NCBI RefSeq assembly: GCF_000020385.1
Contig: NC_010814.1
Span: 2,340,001 to 2,372,000, forward strand
Source: Trichlorobacter lovleyi SZ
GTDB lineage: Bacteria > Desulfobacterota > Desulfuromonadia > Geobacterales > Pseudopelobacteraceae
Reading direction: 5' to 3'
DNA length: 32,000 bases
The position numbers were made by a program, and so were the translations under genes. Positions 24,863-32,000 of the stretch are shown piece after piece. The notes beneath the pieces are model-generated. The model made no database searches, was not told the DNA's origin, and saw only the letters and a program-made list of their open reading frames with translations. How positions within the stretch are numbered: the stretch's first letter is position 1; every line of letters begins with the position of its first letter.

Positions 24863-25150
24863 ATGAAGAAATCAGAACTTGTTGCAAAGATGGCTGAAGG
24901 GGCTGGGCTCACCAAGGCACAGGCTGAAAAAGCCTTGGCAAGCTTCATTGCCGGTGTAACCGGTGCATTGACTGCAGGTGACAAGGTGACTCTGGTGGGA
25001 TTCGGTACATTTTCAGCCATTACCCGTAAGGCCCGCACCGGTCGTAATCCGCAGACCGGCAAGGCTATCAAGATAGCAGCAAAGACCTCTGGTAAATTTT
25101 CGCCCGGCAAATCCCTGAAAGACCTGGCCTGTAAAACCAAGAAAAAATAG
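24863..25150 (+). CDS. hup: HU-family nucleoid-associated DNA-binding protein
   Basis: 95 aa: MKKSELVAKMAEGAGLTKAQAEKALASFIAGVTGALTAGDKVTLVGFGTFSAITRKARTGRNPQTGKAIKIAA. This is the canonical HU/IHF signature GFGxF...R.GRNP.TG. A GGGAGG SD sits upstream. Confidence 0.93.
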   Translation: MKKSELVAKMAEGAGLTKAQAEKALASFIAGVTGALTAGDKVTLVGFGTFSAITRKARTGRNPQTGKAIKIAAKTSGKFSPGKSLKDLACKTKKK

Positions 25151-25174
25151 TTCGCAGTTTAATTTAAGTACCAG

Positions 25175-25203
25175 AAGACCCCGCTTCAACGGGGTCTTTT
25201 TTA
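25175..25203 (+). terminator. Rho-independent terminator after hup
   Basis: AAGACCCCG-CTTCAA-CGGGGTCTT followed by a T run. Confidence 0.8.
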
Positions 25204-25233
25204 TTCTGTCACTCAAGCTCTCTGGCAGCCATA

Positions 25234-26340
25234 TTACCTGCCCAGTTTATTCCGGATCGCCTCCACGACATGATAGGCATCATTAATTGCCGTATAAATA
25301 AGATTGGGATGTTTCTCTTCCTGAATCGATCCTTCACTGATCTTCATGTAGGAAGGAGAAATAGCCCCTCCCACCACATAGACCCCTTTGCGGGTTGACT
25401 CAAATTCGGCAGAAAGCAGCACCAGCCTGTCTCCTTCCTTGGCAACCCGGCAAACGCCGGCGGTACAGGAGATGGTTTGGACCCCCAGCTTATCAAAGAT
25501 CGGCACCGGCCCCTGGGAGCCGATACAGGCAATTACGTTCTGCATCGGAAAACTCAGGGCATGGTAGAGGTCAATACCGTCAGCCTGCTTAAACTCATTG
25601 ATCCTGATCACCAACCGGTCGACCCCTTCATCATCCACTTCACCGATCCGCGGTGTTGCCCCCGGCAGAAGGCGAATATTCCCGCCCAACAGGATTTCCT
25701 CACCGAGCCGCTGGGCCGTTTCCTTGTTGACATCGAATTTTTCAGACTTATGGGCCCAATAGACCGGCTGCGTGTCATTACACTCACGTTTTGCCTTCAG
25801 AATGGCGATCACCACGTCGGCAGCCGTATTACCGCCACCGATCACCAGAGTCTTTACCCCGACATATTTGGTCGGGTCATCAACATTCTTGGCGACCATC
25901 TTGGCATCGCCATAAACCGAGAGTTCACGGGGAATGCTGCTGCCAAAGGCCAGCACCACCTTGCGCCCCCTGAAGCGCCCCTTGTCCGTCAGAATGGTCA
26001 GGCTGTCACGTTCATCCTGAATATTTTCAAAGGCCACTTCAGTGCGGATATGCAGATTTTCATGCTGCACAAAATGTTGCACATATTGCAGATAGCTCTC
26101 AACCGTCACCGGCTTGTCCGGAGGCCGCAGTTCATCCACCAGAAACGGCTCCGGCGCATCCTTAGGTTTGGAGGCATACACCAGCTTCCCCTGCGGGTAG
26201 GTATTGGCAATACCTTGAAATGGTGCCTTGCCTGACTCAAGCACCAGATACGACAGATTGTACTTGTGACAGAGATAGGCCGTTGCAAGACCGGCAGGAC
26301 CACCACCAATAATTATGACATCATGCAGTTCAGATGACAT
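25234..26340 (-). CDS. NAD(P)/FAD-dependent pyridine-nucleotide-disulfide-type oxidoreductase
   Basis: Two dinucleotide folds are present: DVIIIGGGPAGLATA and TLVIGGGNTAADV. I prefer the start at the ATG at 26338-26340 (MSSELHDVIIIGGG). The track start at 26367 is 9 codons upstream. Confidence 0.8.
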   Translation of the reverse strand: MSSELHDVIIIGGGPAGLATAYLCHKYNLSYLVLESGKAPFQGIANTYPQGKLVYASKPKDAPEPFLVDELRPPDKPVTVESYLQYVQHFVQHENLHIRTEVAFENIQDERDSLTILTDKGRFRGRKVVLAFGSSIPRELSVYGDAKMVAKNVDDPTKYVGVKTLVIGGGNTAADVVIAILKAKRECNDTQPVYWAHKSEKFDVNKETAQRLGEEILLGGNIRLLPGATPRIGEVDDEGVDRLVIRINEFKQADGIDLYHALSFPMQNVIACIGSQGPVPIFDKLGVQTISCTAGVCRVAKEGDRLVLLSAEFESTRKGVYVVGGAISPSYMKISEGSIQEEKHPNLIYTAINDAYHVVEAIRNKLGR

Positions 26341-27043
26341 GGCTACATAAACCTCCGGAAGATGCAATGCGTACGGTTGACTGTCCCTCGACAGGAATCA
26401 GGCGGCTAAAATAGTCCAAGGTCACAAAAGAATCAGAGACCACCGGCGTACAGGTTGAGCTGTAATGACTGATGTAGAACAGGTAACGGATGCCGTATTC
26501 CTGTGCAGTGTGCAGATTTGTTTCACTATCCTCTCCCAGCATGGTCCGGTCTGGATCGTAGCGCACAAAGCGCTGCAGCTCACCCCAGAAGCGGCTATCC
26601 TCCTTGGGCAACCCGACTTGATGGGCAGAAACAACGCCATCAAACCAATGCCCGATCCTGGTCTTCTTCAACTTCAGGTCCAGGGTTTTACTGTGGGCAT
26701 TGGTCACCAGCCAGAGTTGTTTACCATGCTGCCGGCAGTAAGCCAGAAACTCCACCACCCCGGGATGTACCGCAATCAGATGTTCCACCTCCAGCTTCAA
26801 GAGGGGGATATCCAGCCCAAGCCGGTCAGACCAGTAATCAAGATTTGTCCAGTTAAGGGTTTGCTCCTGTGAGCGGAACAGGGCATGCAGCTGTTCTTGC
26901 GCCAGCTTCAGCGGCACCCTGTTCTTTGCAGCCCAGCGTTTTGGCACATGCTCAAGCCAGAAGTGATCATCAAAATGACGATCCAGCAGAGTCCCGTCCA
27001 TGTCCAGCAATACCGTATCAACATCGTGCCACTCAAGTATCAT
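26330..27043 (-). CDS. yrfG: HAD-superfamily hydrolase, YrfG-like GMP/IMP nucleotidase
   Basis: WHDVDTVLLDMDGTLLDRHFDDHFW...VPKRWAAKN...TLNWTNLDYWSDRLGLDI...LVTNAH...PKED..FW...DYFSRLIP closely follows my memory of E. coli YrfG. I prefer the start at the ATG at 27041-27043 (MILEWHDV...). The 3' end overlaps the next gene by 11 nt, or 38 nt if the track start at 26367 is used. Confidence 0.75.
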   Translation of the reverse strand: MILEWHDVDTVLLDMDGTLLDRHFDDHFWLEHVPKRWAAKNRVPLKLAQEQLHALFRSQEQTLNWTNLDYWSDRLGLDIPLLKLEVEHLIAVHPGVVEFLAYCRQHGKQLWLVTNAHSKTLDLKLKKTRIGHWFDGVVSAHQVGLPKEDSRFWGELQRFVRYDPDRTMLGEDSETNLHTAQEYGIRYLFYISHYSSTCTPVVSDSFVTLDYFSRLIPVEGQSTVRIASSGGLCSHVI

Positions 27044-27070
27044 GATCTGCTTATACACCCCTTTAAACAG

Positions 27071-27103
27071 AAAAAAAAGGTGGACCCGAAGGCCCACCCT
27101 TTT
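27071..27103 (-). terminator. Rho-independent terminator after the outer-membrane protein gene
   Basis: The minus strand reads AAAAGGGTGGGCC-TTCG-GGTCCACC followed by TTTTTTTT. Confidence 0.8.
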
Positions 27104-27127
27104 CATTGCTACCGTTCCGACCGGTTC

Positions 27128-28855
27128 TTAGAAGTGAACTTCGAAGGTACCGTAGATGTTGTGAGCTTCCTTCACAGGAGCTTGGAGCAACATAGTGGTT
27201 GGTGTAATATCGGAAATTTTGATTGGAGCGCCAACCCAGTTGTTGCTACCGGTGTACTCAAAGTCATAGTACTGGTAACCCAGCTTGAAGAAGGTCTTGG
27301 CAAAGAAGGATGAAATCGGCTTCAGATCAAGCTCTTGAATAACATAGGGCTCATACACCTTACCGCGGGTACCGACCTTGCTGGTCCACATATCGTCAGC
27401 AGCCGGTGAGAAGGTGATCCAGTTTTTGGAACCATAGTTAAACTCAAAGCCGAGCTTGGTCTTGCTGGGCAGGTCGTAACGCACGCCAGCAAACACTGCA
27501 TAACCGGTTTTATCACTTGGTGCTTCAGGATTAAATACTCCACCGGTCAACAGACCTTGGAACATGGCATTGGCAGAAACAGCGGTAGTGGGATGAGTAA
27601 CACTCAAACCACCATCAACGAAGAAATTCAGGTCGCCAGGGCCAACCTTCTTAAGGGTAGACATGGCACCGATACCGTACCAGTCAATTGAACCAAGGTT
27701 CACCGAAGGAGAGGTGTTGCCAAAGGCGGTGTTATTCATGACCGGGAAGTCAAAGATATTGAAACCACGGTTCCATTGCAGCCAAACCCGCAGCGGGTCG
27801 GTATCAACCGGGATAATGGCCACACCCAGCATGTCGGTATCTTTTAGGCTGTTAGAAACAGCTTGGTGATAGCCAGAATCAAAGCCACGGCCATAGCAGA
27901 CCTTGGCATAGAAGCCGGGCAGCATATCAATATCAGGGGCATAGCCCAGGGTCATACCGTCAAAGGCATAGTTGACCAGCAGGGCCGGGGTACCGCCGTT
28001 ACCGGGACGCTCGTTGTTGGACTTCAGGTTGGTAGGAGCACCATCGGTGGAAGGACGACGACCGACCGATAACCAGACCGGCTGATCCATGATGTTGCTC
28101 CAAGTGGCATAGGCACGGTCTACGTTCAGATAGCTGGAGGAAGGCACATGGCCCAACACACCATCAAAAACACCAGTACGGTCAGCAAAGTAGGCATTAC
28201 CGTTAACCGCTTTATCATCCTGTGAACCGAATACCTTGTACATACCCAGCTTGACGTTTACGGTCACATCCTTGGTTGCCTTGGCCTTCAGATCAAGGGC
28301 AAACTTATTGGTATAGAGGGTTTCATTTTGTGGCTTGCCTGCAGGAACCTGTACACCGAAACCACTCAACCCTCCCAGCATAGCTGAGTTAGCACCAAGA
28401 AATGCTTGAGCTTGAGATACGTTTTTAACGTTTGCCATGTTGGCTGCAAACGTCATCATAGAGCCCAAATTGGCTTGCCAAAATTGAGTCGCTTGCGCAG
28501 GAGTCCATGTCCCAGTATAAGTCGGACTAAATGTTGATTGACCATTAGTAGGATCTATTGCATTAAAAAAACCTGACTGCATAATGCTTTGTGCATTTGC
28601 AAATGTAGCTGGTGCACTAACATAAGCAGCTGTTTTTCCATGAAGACTATCTACACGGAACTGATAGCTACCGCCAATCTGCAGCCACTTGCCCAGTGAC
28701 TTGTCTTCAACCCGCTGAACCTGGCCCTTCAGGTCTTCCATCTGCTGCGACAGCTTGTCAAGCTTGGCCTGCAGATCTACCTCTGCAGCCATGGCGCCAG
28801 CCGGGATGGCCAGTGCAAGAACGGTGGACAACAACAACTTGTTTGTTTTACGCAT
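27128..28855 (-). CDS. Outer-membrane beta-barrel protein with N-terminal coiled coil (DUF3373-like putative porin)
   Basis: 575 aa. The Sec signal peptide is MRKTNKLLLSTVLALAIPAGAMA-AE. A heptad-like segment follows (LQAKLDKLSQQMEDLKGQVQRVEDK). The rest alternates Gly/aromatic-rich beta-strand pattern and ends in a C-terminal Phe (TFEVHF). An AAGGAGAA SD sits upstream. Confidence 0.7.
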   Translation of the reverse strand: MRKTNKLLLSTVLALAIPAGAMAAEVDLQAKLDKLSQQMEDLKGQVQRVEDKSLGKWLQIGGSYQFRVDSLHGKTAAYVSAPATFANAQSIMQSGFFNAIDPTNGQSTFSPTYTGTWTPAQATQFWQANLGSMMTFAANMANVKNVSQAQAFLGANSAMLGGLSGFGVQVPAGKPQNETLYTNKFALDLKAKATKDVTVNVKLGMYKVFGSQDDKAVNGNAYFADRTGVFDGVLGHVPSSSYLNVDRAYATWSNIMDQPVWLSVGRRPSTDGAPTNLKSNNERPGNGGTPALLVNYAFDGMTLGYAPDIDMLPGFYAKVCYGRGFDSGYHQAVSNSLKDTDMLGVAIIPVDTDPLRVWLQWNRGFNIFDFPVMNNTAFGNTSPSVNLGSIDWYGIGAMSTLKKVGPGDLNFFVDGGLSVTHPTTAVSANAMFQGLLTGGVFNPEAPSDKTGYAVFAGVRYDLPSKTKLGFEFNYGSKNWITFSPAADDMWTSKVGTRGKVYEPYVIQELDLKPISSFFAKTFFKLGYQYYDFEYTGSNNWVGAPIKISDITPTTMLLQAPVKEAHNIYGTFEVHF

Positions 28856-28999
28856 GCATCTTCTCCTTTGGTGGGATGAATACTGCTGGTGAACGTTAAC
28901 TGCCTGAAACTAAGTACATCAGCATAAAAATAAATAAAAATTACAAATCGATGTATACATACACAACATTTAACTTGTTTGCAACAATTTATCCATTCA

Positions 29000-29015
29000 A
29001 TTCAAATATTTGAAT
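29000..29015. repeat. Perfect 16-bp AT-rich palindrome ATTCAAATATTTGAAT
   Basis: The sequence is its own reverse complement. It lies in the AT-rich 177-nt spacer between the DUF1450 stop and the outer-membrane protein gene, and is preceded by a partial ATTCAA direct repeat. Confidence 0.6.
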
Positions 29016-29032
29016 TATTAAATATTAAATAA

Positions 29033-29257
29033 CTAGCTGTTTTTCTGATCTATCAACACCAGTAGCTGGCCGTACAGAGCATCGCCATCAGCAGCCATGA
29101 CCAGTTGCTTGTCAACAACGGCAAAGGGCTGCTGTTTGCAAATTTTACACTTTTTGGCACATTTCTTAAGTTTTATGTCCAGGTCAGGGTACTGTGCAAG
29201 CAGCTTTTGTGTAAACAGCCCGGAACCTTGATTATGTTGACAGAAACGGATTTTCAC
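29033..29257 (-). CDS. DUF1450 (YuzB-like) small Cys-motif protein
   Basis: 74 aa. IRFCQHN...PDLDIKLKKCAKKCKICKQQPFAVVDKQLV parallels the Bacillus YuzB pattern (VEFC..N...DVDVLEYGCL..CG.C....FALVNG). It has a GTG start 3 nt after the brnA stop. Confidence 0.55.
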   Translation of the reverse strand: MKIRFCQHNQGSGLFTQKLLAQYPDLDIKLKKCAKKCKICKQQPFAVVDKQLVMAADGDALYGQLLVLIDQKNS

Positions 29258-29260
29258 CGG

Positions 29261-29581
29261 TTATGCAGCCTTACGAGGCTGACCTTGCTGATTCATAACC
29301 TGGCGCAGAATTGCATTAGCACGGCTTTGATAGCCTTTGCCGCCGGTCTTTAACCAAGACACGACATCTGCATCAAGGCGGATGGTGATGGTCTGTTTTA
29401 CAGGACGATAAAACTTGCCAATCACCGCCTCATTCCAATTAGTAAGCTCTGGAGCGTCTGAACAATCAATCTTGGTATCAGGTAAACTGGCCAAGTTTTT
29501 TAATTCATCCAGTTGTTCTGCCGTCAATTCAGCAACTGACTGCTTACGCACGACCGTCTGTTTTTCAGATCCCTTCTTCAT
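29261..29581 (-). CDS. brnA: BrnA-type antitoxin (ribbon-helix-helix C-terminus)
   Basis: 106 aa counted from the ATG at 29579-29581 (MKKGSEKQ...). The BrnA-like motifs are DCSDAPELT...W and ITIRLDADVVSWLKTGGKGYQSRANAILR. It overlaps the end of brnT by 17 nt. Confidence 0.8.
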   Translation of the reverse strand: MKKGSEKQTVVRKQSVAELTAEQLDELKNLASLPDTKIDCSDAPELTNWNEAVIGKFYRPVKQTITIRLDADVVSWLKTGGKGYQSRANAILRQVMNQQGQPRKAA

Positions 29582-29858
29582 AACGCCTTCTTTCGTAAGC
29601 TGTCGCTTTTCGCGCTGAAACAATACGAATCACGACCACCTTAGCATCTTCTTGAAACAGGTGGGCAACCAGCAGCAAAACATTTCCGTTCACCATACCA
29701 ATTGACTGCCAACGTTCTTCCCCATCTATGTGACGATCCTGCACACTCAACAATAGCGGATCGTTAAAGACATGGGCAGCGGTTTCAAAGCTAACACCAT
29801 GTTTCAGCTTATTGGACTTGTTTTTGATTTCATCCCACTCAAACAACCATGAGCTCAT
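29565..29858 (-). CDS. brnT: BrnT-type toxin (DUF497 ribonuclease)
   Basis: 97 aa: FEWDEIKNKSNKLKHGVSFETAAHVFNDPLLLSVQDRHIDGEERWQSIGMV...VIRIVSARKATAYERRRY. This is the canonical DUF497 pattern. Confidence 0.85.
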   Translation of the reverse strand: MSSWLFEWDEIKNKSNKLKHGVSFETAAHVFNDPLLLSVQDRHIDGEERWQSIGMVNGNVLLLVAHLFQEDAKVVVIRIVSARKATAYERRRYEEGI

Positions 29859-29911
29859 AGTAAAAGATCACCGCCAAAAATGTAAATACAAATCTGTCAT
29901 TACCAATCTAT

Positions 29912-30442
29912 CTACACCACTGGAAACGGTGCTGCACCACCCGGAGGGGCTACAAAGACCCGCGTACCCAGGTCACCATCAATCATCAGGATGCCGTGGC
30001 CATTGGAACCGACCAGCTTCAGTTTGGCAATAATGTCGCGGTCATTATTTTCCTCTTCAATCTGTTCGGTCACAAACCACTGCAGAAAGATCTGAGAGGC
30101 ATGATCTTTTTCCTTAACCGCCAGCTCTGACAGGTCATTGATCCGGCTGGTAACGATCTGTTCATGGGCCAGGGTTTTTTCAAACATCTCCTGCAGGGAC
30201 TTATACTTGTTCGGCACAGCCTTGCTGGCAGTCAAGGTGATGTTGATCCCCTGATCAACCAGATAGTTAAAGAATTTCATAAAGTGGACCATCTCTTCCT
30301 GATACTGCACCATAAACCAGGTTGCCGCCCCTTTCAGCCCCATCTCATTGGCCGCAGACGACATGGAAAGGTAGATATTTGCGGAATACAGCTCGAAGTT
30401 CATGTGGGTGTTCAGGGCCTCTGCCATAGATTTACTGATCAT
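29912..30442 (-). CDS. ftnA: Non-haem bacterial ferritin
   Basis: 176 aa. The ferroxidase-centre pattern is LNTHMNFELYSANIYLSMS...QYQEEMVHFMKFFNYL...LAHEQIVT...FLQWFVTEQIEEE. An AAGGAGG SD lies 8 nt upstream. Confidence 0.85.
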   Translation of the reverse strand: MISKSMAEALNTHMNFELYSANIYLSMSSAANEMGLKGAATWFMVQYQEEMVHFMKFFNYLVDQGINITLTASKAVPNKYKSLQEMFEKTLAHEQIVTSRINDLSELAVKEKDHASQIFLQWFVTEQIEEENNDRDIIAKLKLVGSNGHGILMIDGDLGTRVFVAPPGGAAPFPVV

Positions 30443-30474
30443 TGCAACAACCTCCTTTATTCACATTTTTGGCG

Positions 30475-30502
30475 AGTATACTGCAATACTGCTGAATTTC
30501 AA
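30475..30502 (-). promoter_or_regulatory. Candidate sigma70 promoter for ferritin
   Basis: The minus strand reads TTGAAA-16 nt-TATACT, about 33 nt upstream of the ATG. Confidence 0.4.
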
Positions 30503-30578
30503 GCAACCAGATGCTGGCAGGTTGGTCAAAGTGGTGTATAGTTAGCGCTACCTGCATTATCTGGAAGGGAGGGCAGCC

Positions 30579-32000
30579 ATGAGCCTGCACAAACCGATTG
30601 AGTGGCTGAAGCAGCACCGTAAACGCCTGATTGTCTGGGGGGGCAGTATCTTCCTGTTTATGGTGCTGTTTTCCACGCTGGTTCTGCCGGTCATCATCAA
30701 GTCCCAAGCAGAAAAAGGGATCACCCGGGCAATCGGTCGCTCTGCCAGGATCGAAGCGGTACGCTTCAACCCGTTCGGCATGACCCTGACCGTGAAGGGA
30801 TTCAGTCTGTTTGAACCGGATGCCAGGTCTCCGTTTATACAGTTCAACAGTCTGCGCGTATCCCTCTCCAGCGCCAGTCTTTTCAGGTTTGCACCGGTGG
30901 CGGATGAGCTGAGCCTGGACAGATTGCAGGTCAAACTGATCCGTACCGCTGCCAACCGCTATAATTTTTCCGACATCATTGACCGGCTGGCAGCACAACC
31001 CAAGCAAGAAAAGAGCACAACGCCCCGCTTTTCAATCAACAACATCTCATTGCAGGGCAGCAGCATTGACTTTGAGGATCGTGCCGTCAACGGCGGCAAA
31101 AAGCATACGATCCGGGAGCTGACGTTTACCATCCCGTTTATCAGTACCATCCCCTATCTGGCAGAACAGTACACAGACCCCAGGTTTTCTGCAATTATCA
31201 ATGGTGCCCGTTTCAGCTTCAGCGGCAAGACGAGACCGCTCCACAACTCCATGGAGACCAACCTTAATCTGAAACTGGCTGAACTTGATCTGCCCTACTA
31301 TCTGGCCTATCTCCCTGCCCAGATGCCAATAAAACTGGACAGCGGCAAGCTAGGTCTTGATCTGGCCCTCACCTACCGCATACACCAGAATAAAAAACCG
31401 GAATTGATGATTAAAGGATTGACCCGTCTTGATGAGATCAGCGTCAAGGAGAAAAACAATGCCTCACTGGCCTCATTCAAACGGCTTGATGTTGTGTCAA
31501 AAGAAGTGGAGCTGTTTAGCCGCAAGGTGGTGCTGCAACAGCTAGCCCTTGATGGCCTGACCCTGCAGGTTGAGCGTGACAGTGCAGGTAAACTTAATTT
31601 CCAGCGGCTACTGCCAGCAGAGCCGGCAGCACCCAAGACCGGTAAAAAGACCGTAAAAAAGGAAAACTCTCCTCCCTTGCAGCTGATGGTTGAAAACCTG
31701 GCGTTGACAGATGGGGCGGTTTCATTTCATGACAGGCAACCAGCCGGTGGCTTCAAAAGCCGGCTCCAGGCGATCAATGTCAAACTCAGCAACCTCTCAA
31801 CAACCGCCAATACACAAAGTGCCTATGAAATTTCTTTTAATGGCGATAGTGCTGAGACGTTTGCTGCTTCAGGCACTGCCTCGCTTTCACCAATCAGTGC
31901 AACCAGCCGGTTTAATCTGAGCGGCATCAAGTTGCAGCGGGGCTGGCCCTATCTGCAAAACCTGTTGACCGCACCGGTGAATGGCAACCTGTCACTGGCA
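30579..32000 (+). CDS. DUF748/AsmA-like large envelope protein (N-terminal part, runs off the window)
   Basis: This ORF is missing from the track because it is open to the window end. It reads MSLHKPIEWLKQHRKRLIVWGGSIFLFMVLFSTLVLPVIIKSQAEKGITRAIGRSARIEAVRFNPFGMTLTVKGFSL... for 474 codons without a stop. It has an N-terminal TM anchor and a repetitive beta-rich DUF748-like pattern. A GGAAGGGAGGG SD sits upstream. Confidence 0.7.
   Translation, partial: MSLHKPIEWLKQHRKRLIVWGGSIFLFMVLFSTLVLPVIIKSQAEKGITRAIGRSARIEAVRFNPFGMTLTVKGFSLFEPDARSPFIQFNSLRVSLSSASLFRFAPVADELSLDRLQVKLIRTAANRYNFSDIIDRLAAQPKQEKSTTPRFSINNISLQGSSIDFEDRAVNGGKKHTIRELTFTIPFISTIPYLAEQYTDPRFSAIINGARFSFSGKTRPLHNSMETNLNLKLAELDLPYYLAYLPAQMPIKLDSGKLGLDLALTYRIHQNKKPELMIKGLTRLDEISVKEKNNASLASFKRLDVVSKEVELFSRKVVLQQLALDGLTLQVERDSAGKLNFQRLLPAEPAAPKTGKKTVKKENSPPLQLMVENLALTDGAVSFHDRQPAGGFKSRLQAINVKLSNLSTTANTQSAYEISFNGDSAETFAASGTASLSPISATSRFNLSGIKLQRGWPYLQNLLTAPVNGNLSLA

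Overview
This looks like a chromosomal segment from a Desulfuromonadales or Geobacter-like deltaproteobacterium. That placement is an inference from gene content only. Almost everything from 1 to 24301 is coded on the minus strand. There are three modules.

(1) 1-2422 plus 10848-19737: a tightly packed, ACP-centred lipid-type biosynthetic cluster. It encodes four cobalamin-domain radical SAM proteins, one further radical SAM protein with a SPASM/twitch-like motif, a FabD-like acyltransferase, an ACP and an LpxL/HtrB-type acyltransferase. It also encodes a GT2 glycosyltransferase, a polysaccharide deacetylase, a hotdog thioesterase and a FabG-like SDR.

(2) 2419-10851: a type I restriction-modification operon (hsdM-hsdS-...-hsdR) with a DarT/DarG ADP-ribosylation toxin-antitoxin pair between hsdS and hsdR. 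This defence block sits inside the lipid cluster. Its genes overlap the flanking lipid genes stop-to-start at both edges.

(3) 20022-32000: housekeeping and miscellaneous genes. These are an orphan Cas6-like (DUF2276-type) protein, frdCAB/sdhCAB, tRNA-Leu(UAA), HU, an FAD oxidoreductase and a YrfG-like HAD nucleotidase. They continue with a large beta-barrel outer-membrane protein, a DUF1450 protein, a BrnT/BrnA toxin-antitoxin pair, ferritin and a partial DUF748/AsmA-like protein.

By eye I found no CRISPR array, transposase, integrase or rRNA. All family assignments come from motif recognition in the supplied translations. No database search was run.
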